A stretch of 64,000 nucleotides of DNA from Eledone cirrhosa (Eukaryota), in NCBI GenBank assembly GCA_964016885.1, contig OZ024744.1, forward strand, positions 127,658,001 through 127,722,000. Reading direction: 5' to 3'. This document shows positions 1 to 12,275 of this stretch, in pieces. Under the pieces are notes generated by a model. The model did not search any database. It saw only the letters and a program-made list of their open reading frames with translations, and was not told the origin of the DNA. The position numbers and the translations under genes were made by a program. Within the stretch, counting starts at the first letter, position 1. Each line of letters opens with the position of its first letter.

Positions 1-3000
1 GGGGTAAAGCTAAGTTGGGGTTAAGTTAATTTGCGGTTAAGTTAGTTTGTGGGTTAAGTTAAGTTGGGGGTAAGTTAAGTTGGGGGTAAGTTAAGTTGGG
101 GTTAAATTAAGTTGGGGTTAAGTTAAGTTGGGGTTAAGTTAAGTTGGGGTTAAGTTAAGTTGGGGTTAAGTTAAGTTGGCGTTAAGTTAAGTCGGGGTAA
201 AGTTAAGTTGGGGTTAAGTTAAGTTGGGGTTAAGTTAAGTTGGGGTTAAGTTAAGTTGGGGTTAAGTCAAGTTGGGGTTAAGTCAAGTTGGGGTTAAGTT
301 AAGGTGGGGTTAAGTTAAGTTGGGGGTAAGTTAAGTTGGGTGTAAGTTAAGTTGGGGTTAAGTTAAGTTGTGGTTAAGTTCAGTTGGGGTTAAGTTAAGT
401 TGGGGTTAAGTTAAGCTGGGGGTAAGTTAAGTTGGGTGTAAGTTAAGTTGGGGTTAAGTTAAGTTGGGGTTAAGTTAAGTTGGGGTTAAATTAAGTTGGG
501 GTTAAGTTAAGTTGGGGTTATGTTAAGTTGGGGTTAAGTTAAGTTGGGGTTAAGATAAGTTGGGGTTAAGTTAAGTTGAGGTTAAGTTAAGTTGGAGTTA
601 AGTTAAGTTGGGGTTAAGCTAAGTTGGGGTTAAGTTAATTTGCGGTTAAGTTAGGTTGTGGGTTAAGTTAAGTTGGGGTTAAGTTAAGCTGGGGTTAAGT
701 TGGGGTAAGTTAAGTTGGGGTTAAGTTAAGTTGGGGTTAAGTTAAGTTGGGGTTAAGTTAAGTTGGGGTTAAGTTAAGTTGGGGTTAAGTTAAGTTGGGG
801 TTAAGTTAAGTTGGGGTTAAGTTAAGTTGGGGGTAAGTTAAGTTGGGGGCAAGTTAAGTTGGGGTTAAGTTAAGTTGGGGTTAAGTTAAGTTGGGGTTAA
901 GTTAAGTTGGGGTTAAGTTAAGTTGGGGTTAAATTAAGTTGGGGTTAAGTTAAGTTGGGGTTAGTTAAGTTGGGGTTAAGTTAAGTTGGGGTTAAGTTAA
1001 GTTGGGGTTAAGTTAAGTTGGGGTTAAGTTAAGTTGGCGTTAAGTTAAGTTGGGGTTAAGTTAAGTTGGGGTTAAATTAAGTTGGAGTTAAGTTAAGTTG
1101 GGGTTAATTTAAGTTGGGGTTAAGTTAAGTTGGGGTTAAGTTAAGTTGGAGTTGAGTCAAGTTGGGGTTAAGTCAAGTTGGGGTTAAGTCAAGTTGGGGT
1201 TAAGTCAAGTTGGGGTTAAGTTAAGTTGGGGTTAAGTTAAGTTGGGGTTCAGTTCAGTTGGGGTTAAGTTAAGTTGGGGTTAAGTTAAGCTGGGGTTAAG
1301 TTAAGTTGGGGTCAAGTTAAGTTGGGGTTAAGTTAAGTTGGAGTTAAGTTAAGTTGGAGTTAAGTTAAGTTGGGGTTAAGCTAATTTGGGGTTCAGTTAA
1401 GTTGGGGTTAAGTTAATTTGGGGCTGAGTTAAGTTGGGGTTAAGTTAAGTTCGGGTTGAGTTAAGTTGGGGTTAATTTAAGTTGGGGTTTAGTTAAGTTG
1501 GGGTTAAGTTAAGTTGGGGTTAAGATAAGTTGGGGTTAAGTTAAGTTGGGGTTAATTTAAGTTGGGGTTGAGTTAATTTGGGTTTAAGTTAAGTTGGGCT
1601 TAACTTAAGTTGGGGTTAAGTTGGGGTTAAGTTAAGTTGGGGTTAAGTTAAGTTGGGGGTAAGTTAAGTTGGGGGCAAGTTAAGTTGGGGTTAATTTAAG
1701 TTGGGGTTAAGTTAAGTTAGGGTTAATTTCAGTTGGGGTTAAGTTAAGTTGGGGTTAAGTTAAGTTAGGGTTAATTTAAGTTGTGGTTATGTTAAGTTGG
1801 GGTTAAGTTAAGTTGGGGTTGAGTTAATTTGGGTTTAAGTTAAGTTGGGCTTAACTTAAGTTGGGGTTAAGTTGGGGTTAAGTTAAGTTGGGGTTAAGTT
1901 AAGTTGGGGGTAAGTTAAGTTGGGGGCAAGTTAAGTTGGGGTTAATTTAAGTTGGGGTTAAGTTAAGTTGGGGTTATGTTAAGTTGGGGTTAAGTTAAGT
2001 TGGCGTTAAGTTAAGTTGGGGTTAAGTTAAGTTGGGGTTAAATTAAGTTGGGGTTAAGTTAAGTTGGGGTTAATTTAAGTTGGGGTTAAGTTAAGTTGGG
2101 GTTAAGTTAAGTTGGAGTTAAGTCAAGTTGGGGTTAAGTCAAGTTGGGGTTAAGTCAAGTTGGGGTTAAGTCAAGTTGGGGTTAAGTTAAGTTGGGGTTA
2201 AGTTAAGTTGGGGTTAAGTTAAGTTGGAGTTAAGTTAAGTTGGAGTTAAGTTAAGTTGGGGTTAAGCTAAGTTGGGGTTCAGTTAAGTTGGGGTTAAGTT
2301 AATTTGGGGCTGAGTTAAGTTGAGGTTAAGTTAAGTCGGGTTGAGTTAAGTTGGGGTTAAGTTAAGTTGGGGTTAAGTTAAGTTGGGGTTAAGTTAAGTT
2401 GGGGTTAAGATAAGTTGGGGTTAAGTTAAGTTGGGGTTAATTTAAGTTGGGGTTGAGTTAATTTGGGTTTAAGTTAAGTTGGGCTTAACTTAAGTTGGGG
2501 TTAAGTCGGGGTTAAGTTAAGTTGGGGTTAAGTTAAGTTGGGGGTAAGTTAAGTTGGGGGCAAGTTAAGTTGGGGTTAATTTAAGTTGGGGTTAAGTTAA
2601 GTTGGGGTTATGTTAAGTTGGGGTTAAGTTAAGTTGGGGTTAAGTTAAGTTGGGGGTAACTTAAGTTGGGTGTAAGTTAAGTTGGGGTTAAGATAAGTTG
2701 GGGTTAAGTTAAGTTGGGGTTAATTTAAGTTGGGGTTGAGTTAATTTGGGTTTAAGTTAAGTTGGGCTTAACTTAAGTTGGGGTTAAGTTGGGGTTAAGT
2801 TAAGTTGGGGTTAAGTTAAGTTGGGGGTAAGTTAAGTTGGGGGCAAGTTAAGTTGGGGTTAATTTAAGTTGGGGTTAAGTTAAGTTGGGGTTATGTTAAG
2901 TTGGGGTTAAGTTAAGTTGGGGTTAAGTTAAAGTTGGGGTTAAGTTAAGTTGGGGTTAAGTCGGGGTTAAGTTAAGTTGGGGTTAAGTTAAGTTGGGGGT

Positions 3001-6000
3001 AAGTTAAGTTGGGGTTAAATTAAGTTGGGGTTCAGTTAAGTTGGGGTTAAATTAAGTTGGGGTTAAGTTAAGTTGGGGTTAGTTAAGTTGGGGTTAAGTT
3101 AAGTTGGGGTTAAGTTAAGTTGGGGTTAAGTTAAGTTGGCGTTAAGTTAAGTTGGCGTTAAGTTAAGTTGGGGTTAAGTTAAGTTGGGGTTAAATTAAGT
3201 TGGGGTTAAGTTAAGTTGGGGTTAATTTAAGTTGGGGTTAAGTTAAGTTGGGGTTAAGTCAAGTTGGGGTTAAGTCAAGTTGGGGTTAAGTCAAGTTGGG
3301 GTTAAGTTAAGTTGGGGTTAAGTTAAGTTGGGGTTAAGTTAAGTTGGGGGTAAGTTAAGTTGGGTGTAAGTTAAGTTGGGGTTAAGTTAAGTTGGGGTTA
3401 AGTTAAGTTGGGGTTAAGTTAAGTTGGGGTTAATTTAAGTTGGAGTTAAGTTAAGTTGGAGTTAAGTTAAGTTGGGGTTAAGCTAAGTTGGGGTTCAGTT
3501 AAGTTGGGGTTAAGTTAATTTGGGGCTGAGTTAAGTTGGGGTTAAGTTAAGTCGGGTTGAGTTAAGTTGGGGTTAAGTTAAGTTGGGGTTAAGTTAAGTT
3601 GGGGTTAAGTTAAGTTGGGGTTAAGATAAGTTGGGGTTAAGTTAAGTTGGGGTTAATTTAAGTTGGGGTTGAGTTAATTTGGGTTTAAGTTAAGTTGGGC
3701 TTAACTTAAGTTGGGGTTAAGTCGGGGTTAAGTTAAGTTGGGGTTAAGTTAAGTTGGGGGTAAGTTAAGTTGGGGGCAAGTTAAGTTGGGGTTAATTTAA
3801 GTTGGGGTTAAGTTAAGTTGGGGTTATGTTAAGTTGGGGTTAAGTTAAGTTGGGGTTAAGTTAAGTTGGGGGTAACTTAAGTTGGGTGTAAGTTAAGTTG
3901 GGGTTAAGTTAAGTTGGGGTTAAATTAAGTTGAGGTTAAGTTAATTTGGGGTTAAGTTAAGTTGGGGTTACGTTAAGTTGGGGTTACGTTAAGTTGGGGG
4001 TAAGATAAGTTGGGGCTAAGTTAAGTTGGGGCTAAGTCAAGTTGGGGTTAAGTCAAGTTGAGGTTAACTTAAGTTGGGGTTAAGTTAAGTTGGGGTTAAG
4101 TTAAGTTGGGGTTAAGGTAAGTTGGTGTTAAGTTAAGTTGGGGCTAAGTTAAGTTGGGGCTAAGTTAAGTTGGGGCTGAGTTAAGTTGGGGTTAAGTTTG
4201 GGTTGAGTTAAGTTGGGGTTAAGTTAAGTTGGAATTACGTTAAGTTGGGGTTAAGTTAAGTTCGGGTTGAGTTAAGTTGGGGTTAAGTTAAGTTGGGGGT
4301 AAGTTAAGTTGGGGGTAAGTAAAATGGGGGCAAGTTAAGTTGGGGTTAAGTTAAGTTGGGGTTAAGTTAAGTTGGGGTTAAGTTAAGTTAGGGTTAATTT
4401 CAGTTGGGGTTAAGTTAAGTTAGGGTTAAGTTAAGTTAGGGTTAATTTAAGTTGTGGTTATGTTAAGTTGGGGTTAAGTTAAGTTGGGGTTAAGTTAAGT
4501 TGGTGTTAAGTAAAGTTGGGATTAAGTTAAGTTGTGGTTAAGTTCAGTTGGGGTTAAGTTAAGTTGGGGTTAAGTTAAGCTGGGGGTAAGTTAAGTTGGG
4601 GTTAAGTTAAGTTGGGGTTAAGTTAAGTTGGGGTTAAATTAAGTTGGGGTTAAGTTAAGTTGGGGTTATGTTAAGTTGGGGTTAAGTTAAGTTGGGGTTA
4701 AGATAAGTTGGGGTTAAGTTAAGTTGAGGTTAAGTTAAGTTGGAGTTAAGTTAAGTTGGGGTTAAGCCAAGTTGGGGTTAAGTTAATTTGCGGTTAAGTT
4801 AGGTTGTGGGTTAAGTTAAGTTGGGGTTAAGTTAAGCTGGGGTTAAGTTGGCGTAAGTTAAGTTGGGGGTAAGTTAAGTTGGGGTTAAGTTAAGTTGGGG
4901 TTAAGTTAAGTTGGGGTTAAGTTAAGTTGGGGTTAAGTTAAGTTGGGGTTGAGTTAAGTTGGGGTTGAGTTAAGTTGGGGTTAAGTTAAGTTGGGGTTAA
5001 GTTAAGTTGGGGTTAAGTTAAGTTGGGGTTAAGTTAAGTTGGGGTTAAGTTAAGTTGGGGGCAAGTTAAGTTGGCGTTAAGTTAAGTTGGGGTTAAGTTA
5101 AGTTGGGGTTAAATTAAGTTGGGGTTAAGTTAAGTTGGGGTTAAGTCAAGTTGGGGTTAAGTCAAGTTGGGGTTAAGTTAAGTTGGGGTTAAGTTAAGTG
5201 GGGTTAAGTTAAGTTGGGGGTAAGTTAAGTTGGGTGTAAGTTAAGTTGGGGTTAAGTTAAGTTGGGGTTCAGTTCAGTTGGGGTTAAGTTAAGTTGGGAT
5301 TAAGATAAGTTGGGGTTAAGTTAAGTTGGGGTTAATTTAAGTTGGGGTTGAGTTAATTTGGGTTTAAGTTAAGTTGGGCTTAACTTAAGTTGGGGTTAAG
5401 TCGGGGTTAAGTTAAGTTGGGGTTAAGTTAAGTTGGGGGTAAGTTAAGTTGGGGGCAAGTTAAGTTGGGGTTAATTTAAGTTGGGGTTAAGTTAAGTTGG
5501 GGTTATGTTAAGTTGGGGTTAAGTTAAGTTGGGGTTAAGTTAAGTTGGGGGTAACTTAAGTTGGGTGTAAGTTAAGTTGGGGTTAAGTTAAGTTGGGGTT
5601 AAATTAAGTTGAGGTTAAGTTAATTTGGGGTTAAGTTAAGTTGGGGTTACGTTAAGTTGGGGTTACATTAAGTTGGGGGTAAGATAAGTTGGGGCTAAGT
5701 TAAGTTGGGGCTAAGTCAAGTTGGGGTTAAGTCAAGTTGAGGTTAACTTAAGTTGGGGTTAAGTTAAGTTGGGGTTAAGTTAAGTTGGGGTTAAGGTAAG
5801 TTGGTGTTAAGTTAAGTTGGGGCTAAGTTAAGTTGGGGCTAAGTTAAGTTGGGGCTGAGTTAAGTTGGGGTTAAGTTGGGGTTGAGTTAAGTTGGGGTTA
5901 AGTTAAGTTGGAATTACGTTAAGTTGGGGTTAAGTTAAGTTCGGGTTGAGTTAAGTTGGGGTTAAGTTAAGTTGGGGGTAAGTTAAGTTGGGGGTAAGTA

Positions 6001-9000
6001 AAATGGGGGCAAGTTAAGTTGGGGTTAAGTTAAGTTGGGGTTAAGTTAAGTTGGGGTTAAGTTAAGTTAGGGTTAATTTCAGTTGGGGTTAAGTTAAGTT
6101 GGGGTTAAGTTAAGTTAGGGTTAATTTAAGTTGTGGTTATGTTAAGTTGGGGTTAAGTTAAGTTGGGGTTAAGTTAAGTTGGTGTTAAGTAAAGTTGGGA
6201 TTAAGTTAAGTTGTGGTTAAGTTCAGTTGGGGTTAAGTTAAGTTGGGGTTAAGTTAAGCTGGGGGTAAGTTAAGTTGGGGTTAAGTTAAGTTGGGGTTAA
6301 GTTAAGTTGGGGTTAAATTAAGTTGGGGTTAAGTTAAGTTGGGGTTATGTTAAGTTGGGGTTAAGTTAAGTTGGGGTTAAGATAAGTTGGGGTTAAGTTA
6401 AGTTGAGGTTAAGTTAAGTTGGAGTTAAGTTAAGTTGGGGTTAAGCCAAGTTGGGGTTAAGTTAATTTGCGGTTAAGTTAGGTTGTGGGTTAAGTTAAGT
6501 TGGGGTTAAGTTAAGCTGGGGTTAAGTTGGCGTAAGTTAAGTTGGGGGTAAGTTAAGTTGGGGTTAAGTTAAGTTGGGGTTAAGTTAAGTTGGGGTTAAG
6601 TTAAGTTGGGGTTAAGTTAAGTTGGGGTTGAGTTAAGTTGGGGTTGAGTTAAGTTGGGGTTAAGTTAAGTTGGGGTTAAGTTAAGTTGGGGTTAAGTTAA
6701 GTTGGGGTTAAGTTAAGTTGGGGTTAAGTTAAGTTGGGGGCAAGTTAAGTTGGCGTTAAGTTAAGTTGGGGTTAAGTTAAGTTGGGGTTAAATTAAGTTG
6801 GGGTTAAGTTAAGTTGGGGTTAAGTCAAGTTGGGGTTAAGTCAAGTTGGGGTTAAGTTAAGTTGGGGTTAAGTTAAGTGGGGTTAAGTTAAGTTGGGGGT
6901 AAGTTAAGTTGGGTGTAAGTTAAGTTGGGGTTAAGTTAAGTTGGGGTTCAGTTCAGTTGGGGTTAAGTTAAGTTGGGGTTAAGTTAAGCTGGGGGTAAGT
7001 TAAGTTCGGGTTAAGTTAAGTTGGGGTTAAGTTAAGTTGGGGTTAAGTTAAGTCGGGGTTAAGTTAAGTTGGAGTTAAGTTAAGTTGGAGTTAAGTTAAG
7101 TTGGGGTTAAGCTAAGTTGGGGTTCAGTTAAGTTGGGGTTAAGTTAATTTGGGGCTGAGTTAAGTTGGGGTTAAGTTAAGTTCGGGTTGAGTTAAGTTGG
7201 GGTTAAGTTAAGTTGGGGTTTACTTAAGTTGGGGTTAAGTTAAGTTGGGGTTAAGATAAGTTGGGGTTAAGTTAAGTTGGGGTTAATTTTAAGTTGGTGT
7301 TGAGTTAATTTGGGTTTAAGTTAAGTTGGGCTTAACTTAAGTTGGGGTTAAGTTGGGGTTAAGTTAAGTTGGGGTTAAGTTAAGTTGGGGGTAAGTTAAG
7401 TTGGGGGCAAGTTAAGTTGGGGTTAATTTAAGTTGGGGTTAAGTTAAGTTGGGGTTATGTTAAGTTGGGGTTAAGTTAAGTTGGGGTTAAGTTAAAGTTG
7501 GGGTTAAGTTAAGTTGGGGTAAAGTTAAGTTGGGGTTAAGTTAAGTTGGGGTTAAATTAAGTTGGGGTTCAGTTAAGTTGGGGTTAAATTAAGTTGGGGT
7601 TAAGTTAAGTTGGGGTTAGTTAAGTTGGGGTTAAGTTAAGTTGGGGTTAAGTTAAGTTGGGGTTAAGTTAAGTTGGCGTTAAGTTAAGTTGGCGTTAAGT
7701 TAAGTTGGGGTTAAGTTAAGTTGGGGTTAAATTAAGTTGGGGTTAAGTTAAGTTGGGGTTAATTTAAGTTGGGGTTAAGTTAAGTTGGGGTTAAGTTAAG
7801 TTGGAGTTAAGTCAAGTTGGGGTTAAGTCAAGTTGGGGTTAAGTCAAGTTGGGGTTAAGTCAAGTTGGGGTTAAGTTAAGTTGGGGTTAAGTTAAGTTGG
7901 GGTTAAGTTAAGTTGGGGGTAAGTTAAGTTGGGTGTAAGTTAAGTTGGGGTTAAGTTAAGTTGGGGTTAAGTTAAGTTGGGGTTAAGTTAAGTTGGGGTT
8001 AATTTAAGTTGGAGTTAAGTTAAGTTGGAGTTAAGTTAAGTTGGGGTTAAGCTAAGTTGGGGTTCAGTTAAGTTGGGGTTAAGTTAATTTGGGGCTGAGT
8101 TAAGTTGGGGTTAAGTTAAGTCGGGTTGAGTTAAGTTGGGGTTAAGTTAAGTTGGGGTTAAGTTAAGTTGGGGTTAAGTTAAGTTGGGGTTAAGATAAGT
8201 TGGGGTTAAGTTAAGTTGGGGTTAATTTAAGTTGGGGTTGAGTTAATTTGGGTTTAAGTTAAGTTGGGCTTAACTTAAGTTGGGGTTAAGTCGGGGTTAA
8301 GTTAAGTTGGGGTTAAGTTAAGTTGGGGGTAAGTTAAGTTGGGGGCAAGTTAAGTTGGGGTTAATTTAAGTTGGGGTTAAGTTAAGTTGGGGTTATGTTA
8401 AGTTGGGGTTAAGTTAAGTTGGGGTTAAGTTAAGTTGGGGGTAACTTAAGTTGGGTGTAAGTTAAGTTGGGGTTAAGTTAAGTTGGGGTTAAATTAAGTT
8501 GAGGTTAAGTTAATTTGGGGTTAAGTTAAGTTGGGGTTACGTTAAGTTGGGGTTACGTTAAGTTGGGGGTAAGATAAGTTGGGGCTAAGTTAAGTTGGGG
8601 CTAAGTCAAGTTGGGGTTAAGTCAAGTTGAGGTTAACTTAAGTTGGGGTTAAGTTAAGTTGGGGTTAAGTTAAGTTGGGGTTAATGTAAGTTGGTGTTAA
8701 GTTAAGTTGGGGCTAAGTTAAGTTGGGGCTAAGTTAAGTTGGGGCTGAGTTAAGTTGGGGTTAAGTTGGGGTTGAGTTAAGTTGGGGTTAAGTTAAGTTG
8801 GAATTACGTTAAGTTGGGGTTAAGTTAAGTTCGGGTTGAGTTAAGTTGGGGTTAAGTTAAGTTGGGGGTAAGTTAAGTTGGGGGTAAGTAAAATGGGGGC
8901 AAGTTAAGTTGGGGTTAAGTTAAGTTGGGGTTAAGTTAAGTTGGGGTTAAGTTAAGTTAGGGTTAATTTCAGTTGGGGTTAAGTTAAGTTGGGGTTAAGT

Positions 9001-12000
9001 TAAGTTAGGGTTAATTTAAGTTGGGGTTATGTTAAGTTGGGGTTAAGTTAAGTTGGGGTTAAGTTAAGTTGGTGTTAAGTAAAGTTGGGATTAAGTTAAG
9101 TTGTGGGTTAAGTTAAGTTGGGGTTAAGTTAAGTTGGGGTTAAGTTGGTGTTAAGTAAAGTTGGGCTTAAGTTAAGTTGGGTTTGAGTTAAGTTGGTGCT
9201 AAGTTAAGTTAGGGCTAAGTTAAGTTGGGGTTAAGTTAACATGGGGCTAGGTTAAGTTGGGTCTAAGTTAAGTTGGGGTTAAGTTAAGTTGGGGTTAAGT
9301 TAAGTTGGGGTTAAATTAAGTTGGGGTTAAGTTAAGTTGGGGTAAAGCTAAGTTGGGGTTAAGTTAATTTGCGGTTAAGTTAGTTTGTGGGTTAAGTTAA
9401 GTTGGGGGTAAGTTAAGTTGGGGGTAAGTTAAGTTGGGGTTAAATTAAGTTGGGGTTAAGTTAAGTTGGGGTTAAGTTAAGTTGGGGTTAAGTTAAGTTG
9501 GGGTTAAGTTAAGTTGGCGTTAAGTTAAGTCGGGGTAAAGTTAAGTTGGGGTTAAGTTAAGTTGGGGTTAAGTTAAGTTGGGGTTAAGTTAAGTTGGGGT
9601 TAAGTCAAGTTGGGGTTAAGTCAAGTTGGGGTTAAGTTAAGGTGGGGTTAAGTTAAGTTGGGGGTAAGTTAAGTTGGGTGTAAGTTAAGTTGGGGTTAAG
9701 TTAAGTTGTGGTTAAGTTCAGTTGGGGTTAAGTTAAGTTGGGGTTAAGTTAAGCTGGGGGTAAGTTAAGTTGGGTGTAAGTTAAGTTGGGGTTAAGTTAA
9801 GTTGGGGTTAAGTTAAGTTGGGGTTAAATTAAGTTGGGGTTAAGTTAAGTTGGGGTTATGTTAAGTTGGGGTTAAGTTAAGTTGGGGTTAAGATAAGTTG
9901 GGGTTAAGTTAAGTTGAGGTTAAGTTAAGTTGGAGTTAAGTTAAGTTGGGGTTAAGCTAAGTTGGGGTTAAGTTAATTTGCGGTTAAGTTAGGTTGTGGG
10001 TTAAGTTAAGTTGGGGTTAAGTTAAGCTGGGGTTAAGTTGGGGTAAGTTAAGTTGGGGTTAAGTTAAGTTGGGGTTAAGTTAAGTTGGGGTTAAGTTAAG
10101 TTGGGGTTAAGTTAAGTTGGGGTTAAGTTAAGTTGGGGTTAAGTTAAGTTGGGGGTAAGTTAAGTTGGGGGCAAGTTAAGTTGGGGTTAAGTTAAGTTGG
10201 GGTTAAGTTAAGTTGGGGTTAAGTTAAGTTGGGGTTAAGTTAAGTTGGGGTTAAATTAAGTTGGGGGTAAGTTAAGTTGGGGTTAGTTAAGTTGGGGTTA
10301 AGTTAAGTTGGGGTTAAGTTAAGTTGGGGTTAAGTTAAGTTGGGGTTAAGTTAAGTTGGCGTTAAGTTAAGTTGGGGTTAAGTTAAGTTGGGGTTAAATT
10401 AAGTTGGAGTTAAGTTAAGTTGGGGTTAATTTAAGTTGGGGTTAAGTTAAGTTGGGGTTAAGTTAAGTTGGAGTTGAGTCAAGTTGGGGTTAAGTCAAGT
10501 TGGGGTTAAGTCAAGTTGGGGTTAAGTCAAGTTGGGGTTAAGTTAAGTTGGGGTTAAGTTAAGTGGGGTTAAGTTAAGTTGGGGGTAAGTTAAGTTGGGT
10601 GTAAGTTAAGTTGGGGTTAAGTTAAGTTGGGGTTCAGTTCAGTTGGGGTTAAGTTAAGTTGGGGTTAAGTTAAGCTGGGGGTAAGTTAAGTTCGGGTTAA
10701 GTTAAGTTGGGGTTAAGTTAAGTTGGGGTCAAGTTAAGTTGGGGTTAAGTTAAGTTGGAGTTAAGTTAAGTTGGAGTTAAGTTAAGTTGGGGTTAAGCTA
10801 ATTTGGGGTTCAGTTAAGTTGGGGTTAAGTTAATTTGGGGCTGAGTTAAGTTGGGGTTAAGTTAAGTTCGGGTTGAGTTAAGTTGGGGTTAAGTTAAGTT
10901 GGGGTTTAGTTAAGTTGGGGTTAAGTTAAGTTGGGGTTAAGATAAGTTGGGGTTAAGTTAAGTTGGGGTTAATTTAAGTTGGGGTTGAGTTAATTTGGGT
11001 TTAAGTTAAGTTGGGCTTAACTTAAGTTGGGGTTAAGTTGGGGTTAAGTTAAGTTGGGGTTAAGTTAAGTTGGGGGTAAGTTAAGTTGGGGGCAAGTTAA
11101 GTTGGGGTTAATTTAAGTTGGGGTTAAGTTAAGTTGGGGTTATGTTAAGTTGGGGTTAAGTTAAGTTGGGGTTAAGTTAAGTTGGGGGTAACTTAAGTTG
11201 GGGTTAAGTTAAGTTGGGGTTAAGTTAAAGTTGGGGTTAAGTTAAGTTGGGGTAAAGTTAAGTTGGGGTTAAGTTAAGTTGGGGTTAAATTAAGTTGGGG
11301 TTCAGTTAAGTTGGGGTTAAATTAAGTTGGGGTTAAGTTAAGTTGGGGTTAGTTAAGTTGGGGTTAAGTTAAGTTGGGGTTAAGTTAAGTTGGGGTTAAG
11401 TTAAGTTGGGGTTAAGTTAAGTTGGCGTTAAGTTAAGTTGGGGTTAAGTTAAGTTGGGGTTAAATTAAGTTGGGGTTAAGTTAAGTTGGGGTTAATTTAA
11501 GTTGGGGTTAAGTTAAGTTGGGGTTAAGTTAAGTTGGAGTTAAGTCAAGTTGGGGTTAAGTCAAGTTGGGGTTAAGTCAAGTTGGGGTTAAGTCAAGTTG
11601 GGGTTAAGTTAAGTTGGGGTTAAGTTAAGTTGGGGTTAAGTTAAGTTGGAGTTAAGTTAAGTTGGAGTTAAGTTAAGTTGGGGTTAAGCTAAGTTGGGGT
11701 TCAGTTAAGTTGGGGTTAAGTTAATTTGGGGCTGAGTTAAGTTGGGGTTAAGTTAAGTCGGGTTGAGTTAAGTTGGGGTTAAGTTAAGTTGGGGTTAAGT
11801 TAAGTTGGGGTTAAGTTAAGTTGGGGTTAAGATAAGTTGGGGTTAAGTTAAGTTGGGGTTAATTTAAGTTGGGGTTGAGTTAATTTGGGTTTAAGTTAAG
11901 TTGGGCTTAACTTAAGTTGGGGTTAAGTCGGGGTTAAGTTAAGTTGGGGTTAAGTTAAGTTGGGGGTAAGTTAAGTTGGGGGCAAGTTAAGTTGGGGTTA

Positions 12001-12275
12001 ATTTAAGTTGGGGTTAAGTTAAGTTGGGGTTATGTTAAGTTGGGGTTAAGTTAAGTTGGGGTTAAGTTAAGTTGGGGGTAACTTAAGTTGGGTGTAAGTT
12101 AAGTTGGGGTTAAGATAAGTTGGGGTTAAGTTAAGTTGGGGTTAATTTAAGTTAGGGTTGAGTTAATTTGGGTTTAGGTTAAGTTGGGCTTAACTTAAGT
12201 TGGGGTTAAGTTGGGGTTAAGTTAAGTTGGGGTTAAGTTAAGTTGGGGGTAAGTTAAGTTGGGGGCAAGTTAAGT
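1..12275 (+). repeat. Higher-order block, copy A of a ~26.0 kb offset duplication
   Basis: Rare variants recur at near-constant offset: gttaagtttg 4191/30211, gggattaagataag 5296/31316 and ggttacatta 5661/31681 (all +26020); tttact c at 7223/33259, ttaatgtaag 8681/34717 and gttaacatgg c at 9240/35276 (all +26036); gttagggttgag 12151/38203 (+26052). Confidence 0.92.
3620..6975 (+). repeat. Tandem duplication, 2 x ~1,679 bp
   Basis: ttaagataag 3621/5300, ggaattacg 4231/5910 and ttcagttcag 5268/6947 are all at +1679. Confidence 0.88.

Noticed and set aside
1596-1612. Hairpins or palindromic sites from variants (gttaac, cttaag, aacttaagtt)
   Set aside because: These short palindromes arise automatically from single changes around TTAA, and nothing indicates function.
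1710-1775. Canonical TTAGGG telomere motifs (gttagggtt)
   Set aside because: These are isolated single G>A variants of TTGGGG in monomer register and never occur in tandem.
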